Assembly (NCBI GenBank): GCA_036479435.1
Contig: JAZGFI010000017.1
Coordinates: forward strand, 1-64,000
Length of the DNA stretch: 64,000 nucleotides
Reading direction: 5' to 3'
Origin: Planctomycetota bacterium
GTDB taxonomy: Bacteria > Planctomycetota > GCA-002687715 > DRQF01
The notes below the pieces were generated by a model that worked only from the letters and a program-made list of their open reading frames with translations, was not told the origin of the DNA and ran no database searches. The position numbers and the translations under genes were made by a program. Positions 11,243 to 20,224 of the stretch are shown piece by piece (positions within the stretch are counted from its first letter, which is position 1; each line of letters begins with the position of its first letter).

Positions 11243-13207
11243 ATGAAAATCTCATGCTACATCGTGATGGTGTGTGCCCTGTCAACGGCCTCTTCTTGCA
11301 CCGACGGCAGGTCAGACGCGACGATTGTTTTCAACTCGGCGCCAACGCTGAGTTCGATCGGAAACCAATTGACGCAAGAGACAAGGACGATGAGTCTGAG
11401 CCTAGACGCGTCCGATGACGACGTGGACGATAGTCTGAGTTTCAGCGTCATGCCTATGCTGTCGTTTGCGAATTTGACTGATAATGGCAACGGGACCGCA
11501 ACCTTGGATTTGACGCCACAAATTGGCGATCAGGGTGACTACGAAATGACGATTCGAGTGACGGATGATGCCAGCGATTCCAAGTTCAAGCAGGAGATCA
11601 TTCGGCTTGTCGTCGTCGACGTCAGTGCGATGCAGATTAGTGGAATCGTTTTGGACTCCGTGAACTTGCTGCCGGTCGCAGATGCGATCGTGACCCTACA
11701 AGCGACGACGACGCAAACGACGACAGCAGCGGACGGCAGTTACACGACCTATATTGATCCCGCGGCAAATGAAGTTCTTGTTGCCGCGAAAAGAGGCTTT
11801 TACAACGAGCCCATCGATACCCAAACAGGAGGCACCGCCTTCCTTATTCAGCTCAGGCCGGTTCACGTTGGAAACAACGTCAACTACCAGTTTCTCGATC
11901 CCCTGCTCTGTGCCGTTTGCCATCCGAACCAAGTGAGCGAGTGGCAAAACTCCATCATGGCCAAGGCTGGCCAGAACATGTGGATGCACGACGTCTACGC
12001 TGGCAACGGCACTCCCGGAGGCATGGGCGGCTTCGTGTACACGCGCGATTCTGTGTTCGCCGGCACGAACCCCGATTCGGTTTGCGCTTCTTGCCATCAG
12101 CCTGAGGCGTGGATTGCCGCAGGGTTTAGCGGCAGAGTCGAAGGACCAACCGACGCCAATTATCCCTCGCCGGCAACCGTCCATGGTGTTTCTTGCGAGA
12201 CCTGTCACAAGATCGCCAATGTCGACACGACCAAGATGAACTTCCCAGGGATTCTCCCCGAGTCGGTGACTTACAACCGACCGGAATTCGGAACGCAAGT
12301 GCAGTACGGCTTGCTGCCGGATGTTGGTTTTCAGTTGCCTGGCTTCATGCAGCCAACTTATCAGCCTCAGTTGGTTGCAGAAATATGCGGCACTTGTCAC
12401 CAAGACCAAACCGATATCAACCAAGATCACACGTTCATGGGCATTACCTCAGAGCCGACTTTCAAGGAGTGGAAAGAGTCGCCCTATGGCGACCCGAATT
12501 CCGGAATTTACCAGTCTTGTATCGACTGCCATATGCCACCGGCTGGACTCACCGAGATCTGCGTCAACGCACCCGTCACAAGAGACCCCAACACCATTCG
12601 TAGCCACGATATCCGGGGGACGAGCCCGGCCTACCTGGAGAACGCCGTTGACCTGACGATGCAAACTACAGTTGCCAATGGTCAGTTGAACGTCACGGTG
12701 GCCATCAACAACAGCATGACGGGTCATCACGTTCCGACCGGCGTGTCTTTACGCAACATGGTCCTTTTGGTCCAAGCTTGGGAAGACGGGCAGGACCCAC
12801 TCACAAATCCGCTAGCTCATATTGGATCTCAGACGATTCATGCTCTTGGCGGGATCGGTAACCCGGCCATGGGCTACTACTCCGGTCTTCCGGGGAAGCT
12901 CTTTGCCAAAGCGACCCGTGACATCAACAACCAAGGTCCGGTGTTTTTCACTGAGGCGACCGGCTTCATGTTTGACAATCGTATTCCCGCGTTGGGAACG
13001 GACACTACAAACTATGTCTTTGTCCTTCCTCAAACAGGCACTGGTACAATCAAGGTACGTGCCCGGCTCATCTACCGTCGTGCGTACCGTTTTTTCGTAG
13101 ATGCCAAAAACTGGACGACCGATGGTCACGGGAATCCGCTCGCGGATATCGCGGCCCCGCATTACGGACATCTGATGGAAGAAGCGACCGCGAACCTACC
13201 TTTCTAG
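11243..13207 (+). CDS. Pentaheme c-type cytochrome, putative lipoprotein with Ig/cadherin-like and carboxypeptidase-regulatory-like domains
   Basis: Five CxxCH motifs (CAVCH, CASCH, CETCH, CGTCH, CIDCH), a lipobox-like ASS|C, an N-terminal LTDNGNGTATL Ig-like repeat and a C-terminal GHHVPTG. Confidence 0.85.
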   Translation: MKISCYIVMVCALSTASSCTDGRSDATIVFNSAPTLSSIGNQLTQETRTMSLSLDASDDDVDDSLSFSVMPMLSFANLTDNGNGTATLDLTPQIGDQGDYEMTIRVTDDASDSKFKQEIIRLVVVDVSAMQISGIVLDSVNLLPVADAIVTLQATTTQTTTAADGSYTTYIDPAANEVLVAAKRGFYNEPIDTQTGGTAFLIQLRPVHVGNNVNYQFLDPLLCAVCHPNQVSEWQNSIMAKAGQNMWMHDVYAGNGTPGGMGGFVYTRDSVFAGTNPDSVCASCHQPEAWIAAGFSGRVEGPTDANYPSPATVHGVSCETCHKIANVDTTKMNFPGILPESVTYNRPEFGTQVQYGLLPDVGFQLPGFMQPTYQPQLVAEICGTCHQDQTDINQDHTFMGITSEPTFKEWKESPYGDPNSGIYQSCIDCHMPPAGLTEICVNAPVTRDPNTIRSHDIRGTSPAYLENAVDLTMQTTVANGQLNVTVAINNSMTGHHVPTGVSLRNMVLLVQAWEDGQDPLTNPLAHIGSQTIHALGGIGNPAMGYYSGLPGKLFAKATRDINNQGPVFFTEATGFMFDNRIPALGTDTTNYVFVLPQTGTGTIKVRARLIYRRAYRFFVDAKNWTTDGHGNPLADIAAPHYGHLMEEATANLPF

Positions 13208-13261
13208 GCTCAGTTCGCTCCCCACAGCGCGAGGTTGCACGACTTAGAGTTCGAATCCTGT

Positions 13262-13315
13262 TGCCCATCGGAAGAGGCTTCTAGGTGCGTAGTCGGTCTA
13301 CAATTTCTCGCTCGT
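13262..13315 (-). repeat. Displaced 54-bp copy of part of the tmRNA 3' region
   Basis: 53/54 identical to 19075-19128 in the same orientation. The single mismatch is 13284 G vs 19097 C. Confidence 0.95.
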
Positions 13316-13390
13316 GGAAATTACAGAAGAATTGTTGCGTCATTCCGGCGGCCGGATCCGGGTTTCGATGATGCGATTGATACTCGCCGA

Positions 13391-15547
13391 TCAACGACGC
13401 TCCGCGCGAAGCGAGATCCGTCGGCGCTCACGATCGATGTCGTCCACGACGACCCTCAGGCGATCGCCGAGGTGAACCAGCTCGGCCGGTTCGTGAACGC
13501 GACGCCAAAAGGCGCTCTTGTGCACCAGGCCGTCCTGGTGGACGCCGATGTCGACGAAGGCACCAAAGGCCGTGACATTGGTGACGACTCCCTCGAGCTC
13601 CATCCCTATCTCGACGTCGTCGATCGAGGTGACGTCGTCGCGGAACTGCGGGGGCTCGAAGGTGTTGCGAGGATCGCGGCCGGGACGTTTTAGCTCGTCG
13701 ACGATGTCCCGGAGGGTGGGCTCGCCGATTCCCTCGGCGACGTATCGGTCGACTTCAATGCTGGCCGCGAGCTCGTCATCGCCGACGAGGTCTTCCACGA
13801 GGACGCCGGCATCCTTCGCCATGCGACGGACCAGCCCATAGCGCTCGGGATGCACCGAGGAATGATCGAGAGGCTCGGCGCTGGCCGCGACGCGAAGGAA
13901 GCCGGCCGCCTGCTCGTAAGTGCGCTTGCCGATTCCCTTGACCTCAGACAGAGATGCGCGGGACGGAAACATTCCGTGGGCTTCGCGATGAGCCACGATG
14001 CGCGTGGCGAGGGTCGGACCGATTCCCGCGACGTGAGAGAGAAGCGAGGTGCTGGCCGTGTTGAGTTCGACGCCGACCCGGTTGACGCAAGTCTCGACGA
14101 CGTCGCCGAGCTTTTTTTCCAGCAAGGGTTGGTGGACGTCGTGCTGATACTGTCCCACGCCAATCGACTTCGGATCGACTTTCACCAGCTCGGACAGTGG
14201 GTCCTGCAATCGACGAGCGATCGAGATCGCACCGCGGATCGTCAGATCGAGATTGGGGAATTCCTCGCGGGCAATGTCGGAAGCGCTGTACACGCTCGCC
14301 CCGGTTTCGCTGACACTCAGGACGATCGTATCGGCGTGCTTCGTCTCGCGGATTGTGTCGCGCACGAAGGACTCGGTCTCTCGACCGGCCGTGCCGTTGC
14401 CCACGGCGATAGCATCCGCTGAATGAGCCGCGACGAAGGCTCTTAACTTCTGTTTAGCTTCGTCCAGTCCTCGCGCTCCCTGGTGCGGGAAAACCGTGAT
14501 TGTCGCTCGGTAGCGCCCGGAGTCGTCAATGGCGACGCACTTACAACCGCTGCGAAACCCCGGATCAATCCCGATGACGGATCGGGTGCCGAAGGGCGCC
14601 TCCAGCAGCAGGTGCCCTAAGTTGTCGGCGAAGATCCGCGCGGCGGCAGCGTCGGCCTTCTCTTTCAGGCCCGCCATGACCTCGGTTTCGACGGCGCGCT
14701 TCAGCCGCGAGGACCACGCGTCCTTGACGGCTTCTTGCAGATGCTCGGCATAGGGCGATTGATTGTCGATGTCCGAGCGACGCGCGATGAAATCGAGGGT
14801 TCGCTCGCGATCGAGAGACATGCGAAGGTCGAGCACGCCTTGCTCCGCGCCGCGACGCAGAGCGAGGAATCGATGGGAAGGGATACCGTGGACCGATTCC
14901 GTATGACCGTCGTAGTCATCGAAAGGAGTCCTCTTGTCCCCGGCCTTCTTGGACCTCTTCGCTCCGATTTCCCCGTTGCGAATGTAAGCCGCACGCAGGT
15001 CGCGGCGAAGGTCGGCTCGGCAGGCGATTCGGTCGACGACGATGTCTCGGGCCCCCGCAAGGGCGGCATCGGTCGACGGGACTCCTCTCGATGTGTCGAC
15101 GAACCGTGCCGCATCCGCGATCGGATTGCCACCGTGAGGCTGCTTTAGGAGTCTCATGGCCAAGGGCTCGAGTCCGCGCTCGATCGCCTCGGTGGCCTTT
15201 GAGCGACGCTTGGGCTTGTGGGGGAGATAGAAGTCTTCGAGTTCTTGTTTGTTGAGGCATGCATTTAGGCGGCGCTCGAGATCGGCCGTAAGCAAACCGA
15301 GTTCATTCATCTGCCCACGAATCGTCTCGCGGCGCGCTTCAAGTAATTGAACACGATCTCGACTCTCGAACAGGGCCCGAATGCCAACCTCGTCGAGGCC
15401 TCGCGTGCGTTCCTTGCGATAGCGAGCAATAAACGGGACCGTCGCTCCTTCATCGGCCATCTCGAGCACGGCCTTGACGATGCCGAGGTCGATACCGGTC
15501 TCCGCGGCGACGGCGGCGGTGAGTTGTTCCAACGAGATGTCGCTCAT
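13391..15547 (-). CDS. tex: Tex-family RNA-binding transcription accessory protein
   Basis: GATVPFIARYRKE, GIDPGFRSGCK, ARRLQDPLSELVK, IGVGQYQHD and a C-terminal S1 domain. Start moved to ATG 15547 (AGGA upstream). Confidence 0.95.
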   Translation of the reverse strand: MSDISLEQLTAAVAAETGIDLGIVKAVLEMADEGATVPFIARYRKERTRGLDEVGIRALFESRDRVQLLEARRETIRGQMNELGLLTADLERRLNACLNKQELEDFYLPHKPKRRSKATEAIERGLEPLAMRLLKQPHGGNPIADAARFVDTSRGVPSTDAALAGARDIVVDRIACRADLRRDLRAAYIRNGEIGAKRSKKAGDKRTPFDDYDGHTESVHGIPSHRFLALRRGAEQGVLDLRMSLDRERTLDFIARRSDIDNQSPYAEHLQEAVKDAWSSRLKRAVETEVMAGLKEKADAAAARIFADNLGHLLLEAPFGTRSVIGIDPGFRSGCKCVAIDDSGRYRATITVFPHQGARGLDEAKQKLRAFVAAHSADAIAVGNGTAGRETESFVRDTIRETKHADTIVLSVSETGASVYSASDIAREEFPNLDLTIRGAISIARRLQDPLSELVKVDPKSIGVGQYQHDVHQPLLEKKLGDVVETCVNRVGVELNTASTSLLSHVAGIGPTLATRIVAHREAHGMFPSRASLSEVKGIGKRTYEQAAGFLRVAASAEPLDHSSVHPERYGLVRRMAKDAGVLVEDLVGDDELAASIEVDRYVAEGIGEPTLRDIVDELKRPGRDPRNTFEPPQFRDDVTSIDDVEIGMELEGVVTNVTAFGAFVDIGVHQDGLVHKSAFWRRVHEPAELVHLGDRLRVVVDDIDRERRRISLRAERR

Positions 15548-15836
15548 CGAGTGATCCTGTTTGTCTTGGGATATTGGAGGGCTGATTCTAAGAATTGAAT
15601 GGCTCCAGTCCATGTGTAAACAGAGGCAAGCGTCGAACGCTTGCCCCGAATCTGAGTGTCTTGACCTTCCCGTGAAAGACCCGGCCGAGAATCGAGTCTC
15701 GGTCGCGGTGAAGAAACTGTGGTCCTTCTCCGCAGGGGAAAGCCTCGACGATTTACTGAGTGATCTACGCTGCGCTCATGGCTTCTGACCTCGGATATTC
15801 GTGAGGATCAGGTAGGTGGTGACGCGGTAAAGGAGC

Positions 15837-18725
15837 TCAGTCGAAAAAAACCTGGCAAAAAGGGCGCAGCCCCAAGAAGTTGCAGCGCTGCTCCTCGGGG
15901 TAGCTGATCCTGCCGGCCACGCGGGCGTTGATGGCGGTGTAGTCGAAGCCGCCGCCACGGGACACACGGAGGGAGGAGCCTGTTTTCGTCGAGGTCCATT
16001 CCCAAACGTTGCCTAAGACGTCGAAAAGGCCGAAGGAGTTGGCTCTGAATTTTCCGACCGGGGCATGAATGATGAAGTTGTCTTTGCACAAGGACTCAAA
16101 AGCCCCGAAAATCCCTTTGCACTCAAGACCAGCAATGTTGCCCCAATCAGCGATGCCCTTGATCGCACCCGTGTCACCAACCCAAATCGACGACGTGCCG
16201 GCACGAGCCGCGTATTCCCATTGATCTTCTCTGGATAGTCCAAGCCCAACGCGCCCCAATACTGTCGTGCACATCGTCCAAGAAACCCGCTCCACTGGAT
16301 TGAGCAAGCTGACCTGGCCTTTGTGACCCTCGTAGCTCCAGCCAACTCCATAGTTACTCGGACTCTTCAGAGCCGACGGAGACCTCATCCACTGCCCCTG
16401 GGTCATCTCGTACTTGGACAAAAAGAAAGGCTCTGTGATGTCGACTTCGCGCAACTTCTCATCTGTTCGTGATTGGGGATCGAAATTCTGACCTTTGGGA
16501 TCCGTTTTCTGCGATCCCATCCAAAACTTCCCCTTGGGGATCAACACTAAGATGATGCCCGTCTCTCCGGTCATGGCGATCTTTCCATCGCTATTCCGTT
16601 CGGGGATGTCGCCTTCGTGCGTCTCCAGGTGCAAAAACTCAAAGAGTTTAGACTCCGGGTCCATGCCCAGGGGGATCAGCCCAAGTTGCGGATTCAATAT
16701 CAGGCCATCGTACTTGTCCGAAGACTTGATGGTGGCCGTGGTCTTGTCCCAAAGTGCCTGATGGTCGGCGATGGTTCTCTTCGCAATCGTCTGAGCGGCC
16801 ACGAGTCGCGATTGTACGTCAGAGTAAACCCCAGTTTCTTTTTCAACAAATGTCCTGAGACCCTCTACCAATTCCGAAGCCACTTCGTGCTTCCACTGCT
16901 TCACATCATCGTCGCCGAAGTTCCAAGAGATTTGCTCTGCGGTCTTCGCCTCAAGGTCGGCAATGTTTTTTTTGGTCTTGTCGATGTTCTCTTGAACTTT
17001 GACCTTGGCTGCGGCATCGCTTGCTTTGGCGAGGTCAGCCTCAGCCTTTTTGAGCGACTCGGCGAGGGTCCCAATCCGCGTCAAGGTAACGGCATGGTCA
17101 CGCAAGCGCTCTTCTTCGGTGTAGGGAGCAGAACCGCGTCGCAAACCCGCCAAGTAGGCTTCGTGATTGGGAAGCGCCTCGTTGAGAGGCTCGTACTTTA
17201 CAATCCAAGCTTTGAGCGCCTCAATCTTTTTTGGTCGGGCTGGCCAAAGAACTTCAGCCAACGCCGTGGCTTGTTGAAGTTTCTTGATGTCCGCTAAGCG
17301 CTCAACTTCGAAGAGAGCCCAGGTCTTCGCCTGCCGTTCTCTTTTTTCGGCGGCCAAAGCGGTTGTCTTTTCTCCAAGCGCTTTTGTTTCGCGTTCGAGA
17401 GCAATCGACTTTTGCTTGGATTCATCCGCTGCCAAGTTGCGGGCCGTTTGGGCCTCGTCGCGAGCATCCTCAGCATCCTTCTTCGCTATCAGAGCCTTGT
17501 CGCGAGACTGTCTTGCTTCCTCCCCTTTGAAGTAGAAAACCCCAAGAGCTGAAGACAAAGCGATGAACACCGCGAGGCTCGCGGTGGCGACGATTGGGTT
17601 TCTTTGAACCCAGCGTACCGCCTTGACCCAGGGGCCGGCCGGTCGGGCGTGGACGGGCTCAAACTCGCGAAAGCGTCTGAGGTCTTGAGCAAACTCCAAG
17701 GCAGTGGCGTAGCGCCGGTTTCTGTCTTTGTCCATCGCGGTCAAAATGATGGCAGCGAGATCCTTCGGGATCTTGGGGTTGATCGACCGGGGGTTAGGCG
17801 GTTCTTGCTGCGAGATGGCCTGGTAGAGTTCTTGCCGGTTGGCACCCAAAAAGGGCCTTCTCAAGGTGCAAGACTCGAACAGGGCGACACCCAGGGAGTA
17901 GATGTCGGTTCGCCGATCAAGCTTAAGTCGATGAGCCAAAAGTTGCTCGGGTGACATGTAAGCTGGGGTGCCCATCAAATCTCCTGACTGCGTCAAGGTC
18001 ATCGCGTCGGACTCTTCATCTTTTGCAAGGCCGAAGTCAAGTACACAGGCAGATCCGTCTTCCCGTACCATGAGATTGGCGGGCTTGATATCCCGATGAA
18101 TAAGGCCCACTTCATGAGCGGCGTGAAGGGCCCGGGCGGCGCTTTCGATGTAGCGCACGGCACTCATCACGGCGTCGCGGTCGGCGCTCGATTTGCCGCT
18201 GGAGCTTGCGGCGGAACTCTTCTTGGTTTCTGTTTCGATTTCTTCGGAAAAGCTGATGTGCAATTCGCTGACGTCGTCGCCAGCGGATACTTGCTCACCG
18301 GTTTCGCTGATGTGGTCGGCGAGGTTTTTTCCCGTGACGTATTCAAAGGCGATGAACGACAAGCCGTCGTGCTCGCCGATCTCATAGACTCGGGCGATGC
18401 CAGAATGATCCAGCTTGCTCGCCGCTTCTGCCTCGCGTTCGAAACGCAGCCGCGCGGAACTTGACATGCGACTGGATTCCAAGAGAACTTTCAATGCGAC
18501 TTGGCGGTGGAGCTTTTCATCTTCTGCGAGGTAAACATATCCCTGCCCGCCGTGCCCTAGCTCCTCCAGTAATCGGTAGTGACCAATACGAAGCCCCCTG
18601 AGGCCCAACTGCAAGGCCTTGGGATCTGAGTGAGCCGAGTCATCGGAATCCGATGCGGCACTTAGCTGGGTCGATTCATGATCATCGCGGTTAATGGGAG
18701 TGGTTGCCTCGTCGTCTTTGCTCAT
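15837..18725 (-). CDS. Ser/Thr kinase - TM - coiled coil - FGE-sulfatase (SUMF1/CLec-fold) domain protein
   Basis: Kinase motifs GHGGQG, HRDIKPAN, DFG and GTPAYMSPE. TM PIVATASLAVFIALSSALGVFYF. FGE motifs FWMGS, SKYEMTQGQW, PVERVSW, QWEYAARAG, NSFGLFDVLGNVWEW and RVSRGGGF...LGLRP. Confidence 0.92.
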   Translation of the reverse strand: MSKDDEATTPINRDDHESTQLSAASDSDDSAHSDPKALQLGLRGLRIGHYRLLEELGHGGQGYVYLAEDEKLHRQVALKVLLESSRMSSSARLRFEREAEAASKLDHSGIARVYEIGEHDGLSFIAFEYVTGKNLADHISETGEQVSAGDDVSELHISFSEEIETETKKSSAASSSGKSSADRDAVMSAVRYIESAARALHAAHEVGLIHRDIKPANLMVREDGSACVLDFGLAKDEESDAMTLTQSGDLMGTPAYMSPEQLLAHRLKLDRRTDIYSLGVALFESCTLRRPFLGANRQELYQAISQQEPPNPRSINPKIPKDLAAIILTAMDKDRNRRYATALEFAQDLRRFREFEPVHARPAGPWVKAVRWVQRNPIVATASLAVFIALSSALGVFYFKGEEARQSRDKALIAKKDAEDARDEAQTARNLAADESKQKSIALERETKALGEKTTALAAEKRERQAKTWALFEVERLADIKKLQQATALAEVLWPARPKKIEALKAWIVKYEPLNEALPNHEAYLAGLRRGSAPYTEEERLRDHAVTLTRIGTLAESLKKAEADLAKASDAAAKVKVQENIDKTKKNIADLEAKTAEQISWNFGDDDVKQWKHEVASELVEGLRTFVEKETGVYSDVQSRLVAAQTIAKRTIADHQALWDKTTATIKSSDKYDGLILNPQLGLIPLGMDPESKLFEFLHLETHEGDIPERNSDGKIAMTGETGIILVLIPKGKFWMGSQKTDPKGQNFDPQSRTDEKLREVDITEPFFLSKYEMTQGQWMRSPSALKSPSNYGVGWSYEGHKGQVSLLNPVERVSWTMCTTVLGRVGLGLSREDQWEYAARAGTSSIWVGDTGAIKGIADWGNIAGLECKGIFGAFESLCKDNFIIHAPVGKFRANSFGLFDVLGNVWEWTSTKTGSSLRVSRGGGFDYTAINARVAGRISYPEEQRCNFLGLRPFCQVFFD

Positions 18726-18909
18726 GGTCGCCTCTTTGAGTCAGACGCGCATTACACACGATCCGGCGATTTGACGCAAGAATCGCGTTTCCTCACCGTT
18801 GTCCGGTGTCGGTTCATTAATGGGGTTGACGCCGAAACGCGGCGCGGCCGACCCCAACTAAGTGCCGGTTCGAAGGCTAGGTGTCAAGGAGCGGGTGCGG
18901 CAGGAACTG

Positions 18910-19045
18910 CCCTTCGATTCGCTGCCGTTCGACTCGCTTCGCTCGCTCAGGGCTCCATTCGACTAAGTGGCTTGGCTCAGTTAAGGCCTGCCATGAGCGA
19001 GACCGCGTAGGACTCTTTGGAGTCCTACGCGATCGAGTCGAATGG
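18910..19045. repeat. Cluster of REP-like palindromic units downstream of tmRNA
   Basis: Units share a TTCGACT...GCTCA core: partial 18910-18924, full 18924-18953, variant 18955-18980, and an inverted unit at 18990-19045 enclosing the perfect hairpin CGCGTAGGACTC-TTTG-GAGTCCTACGCG (19004-19031). Confidence 0.7.
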
Positions 19046-19392
19046 AGGCGGCGGGAATCGAACCCGCGTCCCGATGCCCATCGGAAGAGGCTTCTACGTG
19101 CGTAGTCGGTCTACAATTTCTCGCTCGTTTGGCCCCCAACCGACAGGGTGCCGAACTCGCATACTTCACTGCTCTTATCCGCCGTCGCAGAAGTGGACTT
19201 CAACGGACCAGCCCGCTGGTGTTACGTCACTACAAACGCGCAGGCGAAGTTTGCGGTGACGGGCGCTAATTAAGCGGCCAGTGCGTAGTTGTTATTGGCA
19301 ACTAAAGTTTTCCAGGCGGTTTTAAGAGGATGCCCGGAACCTCTGCACGCCACCCCAACGTCATAAAGCCCGGTCGAAACCGAATCGCCCCC
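19043..19392 (-). ncRNA. ssrA: tmRNA (tag peptide ANNNYALAA*, 19299-19270)
   Basis: 5' GGGGGCGATTCGGTTTCGAC and 3' GGGTTCGATTCCCGCCGCCTCC-A, acceptor stem GGGGGCG/CGCCTCC, tag ORF ending ALAA, adjacent to smpB. CCA is not encoded. Confidence 0.97.
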
Positions 19393-19426
19393 GTTGAGTT
19401 TGGGTTGGAACGGAACCTTAAAGCTA

Positions 19427-19454
19427 ATGGTACCGTTTTACCCTCCGCCGCCAA
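19427..19454 (-). promoter_or_regulatory. Candidate sigma70 promoter for tmRNA
   Basis: TTGGCG-16 nt-TACCAT on the minus strand about 35 nt upstream of the mature 5' end. Confidence 0.4.
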
Positions 19455-19474
19455 AACGACGCAGGCTATGCTTA

Positions 19475-19954
19475 TTAACGAGCGAAGCGCTTCATTTCTC
19501 GAGAAGTTTCGCGTTTCTTGATGGCCTGGCGCTTGTCGTGAGACTTTCGGCCCTTCGCCAGGGCTATTTCGATCTTGGCAAATCCGCGCTCATTGAAGAA
19601 AAGTGTGAGCGGAACGATGGTCAGGCCCTCTTGGGTGACGCGCTTGTGCCATTTTTTGATTTCTCGTTTCGACAGGAGCAATTTACGCCGTCGATCGGGA
19701 AGATGATTAAAGCTCGCGGCGTCCAAATACTCCTGGACGTGCATCTTGAGCAGCCAGACCTCACCGTCTGCCATCCGGCCGTAGGCCTCGGCGATAGAGG
19801 CTTTTCCGGCCCGAATCGACTTGACTTCGCTTCCGCGCAGGACCATGCCAGCTTCGAGTGTCTCCAGAATCTCGTAGTCGAAACGAGCCCGGCGGTTTTT
19901 GGCGACGATTTTTTGGTCAAGGTCGCGTTTTTTCTGTTGGGCGGAAGGGGCCAT
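19475..19954 (-). CDS. smpB: SsrA-binding protein SmpB
   Basis: NRRARFDYEILETLEAGMVLRGSEVKSIR, RKLLL and GRKSHDKR. Start moved to ATG 19954. Confidence 0.97.
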   Translation of the reverse strand: MAPSAQQKKRDLDQKIVAKNRRARFDYEILETLEAGMVLRGSEVKSIRAGKASIAEAYGRMADGEVWLLKMHVQEYLDAASFNHLPDRRRKLLLSKREIKKWHKRVTQEGLTIVPLTLFFNERGFAKIEIALAKGRKSHDKRQAIKKRETSREMKRFAR

Positions 19955-20093
19955 TTTAACGTTGCCGGGACGAGGGTCGAAGGAGATCTTGGCTGCTGCC
20001 AGCTGCATTGTGGCTTTAAAAGTCCCTTCAATCCAATCCCGCTAAAAAATGCTCTTTTCTTCGGTTTCGGCGGGCATATCATGCCCCGGTCAC

Positions 20094-20177
20094 GCCGAAG
20101 TGGCGGAATTGGCAGACGCGCTAGGTTCAGGTCCTAGTTCCCTTCGGGGAGTGGAGGTTCAAATCCTCTCTTCGGCA
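20094..20177 (+). tRNA. tRNA-Leu(CAG)
   Basis: GCCGAAG/CTTCGGC acceptor stem, CTAGG-TTCAGGT-CCTAG anticodon arm, long variable arm and GTTCAAAT T-loop. No encoded CCA. Confidence 0.97.
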
Positions 20178-20188
20178 TCCGAAATGAG

Positions 20189-20224
20189 AACGGCTGCGAG
20201 TCCTCGGGATTCGCAGCTGTTTTT
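20189..20224 (+). terminator. Intrinsic terminator after tRNA-Leu
   Basis: AACGGCTGCGAGTCC-TCG-GGATTCGCAGCTGTT followed by a T-tract. Confidence 0.75.

Noticed and set aside
13235..13693. ORFs 13235 and 19042 sharing CPSEEAS.CVVGLQFLAR
   Set aside because: The similarity is just the duplicated tmRNA fragment read antisense, not a protein family.
19394..20137. 247-aa plus-strand ORF
   Set aside because: It is the antisense shadow of smpB and overlaps tRNA-Leu.
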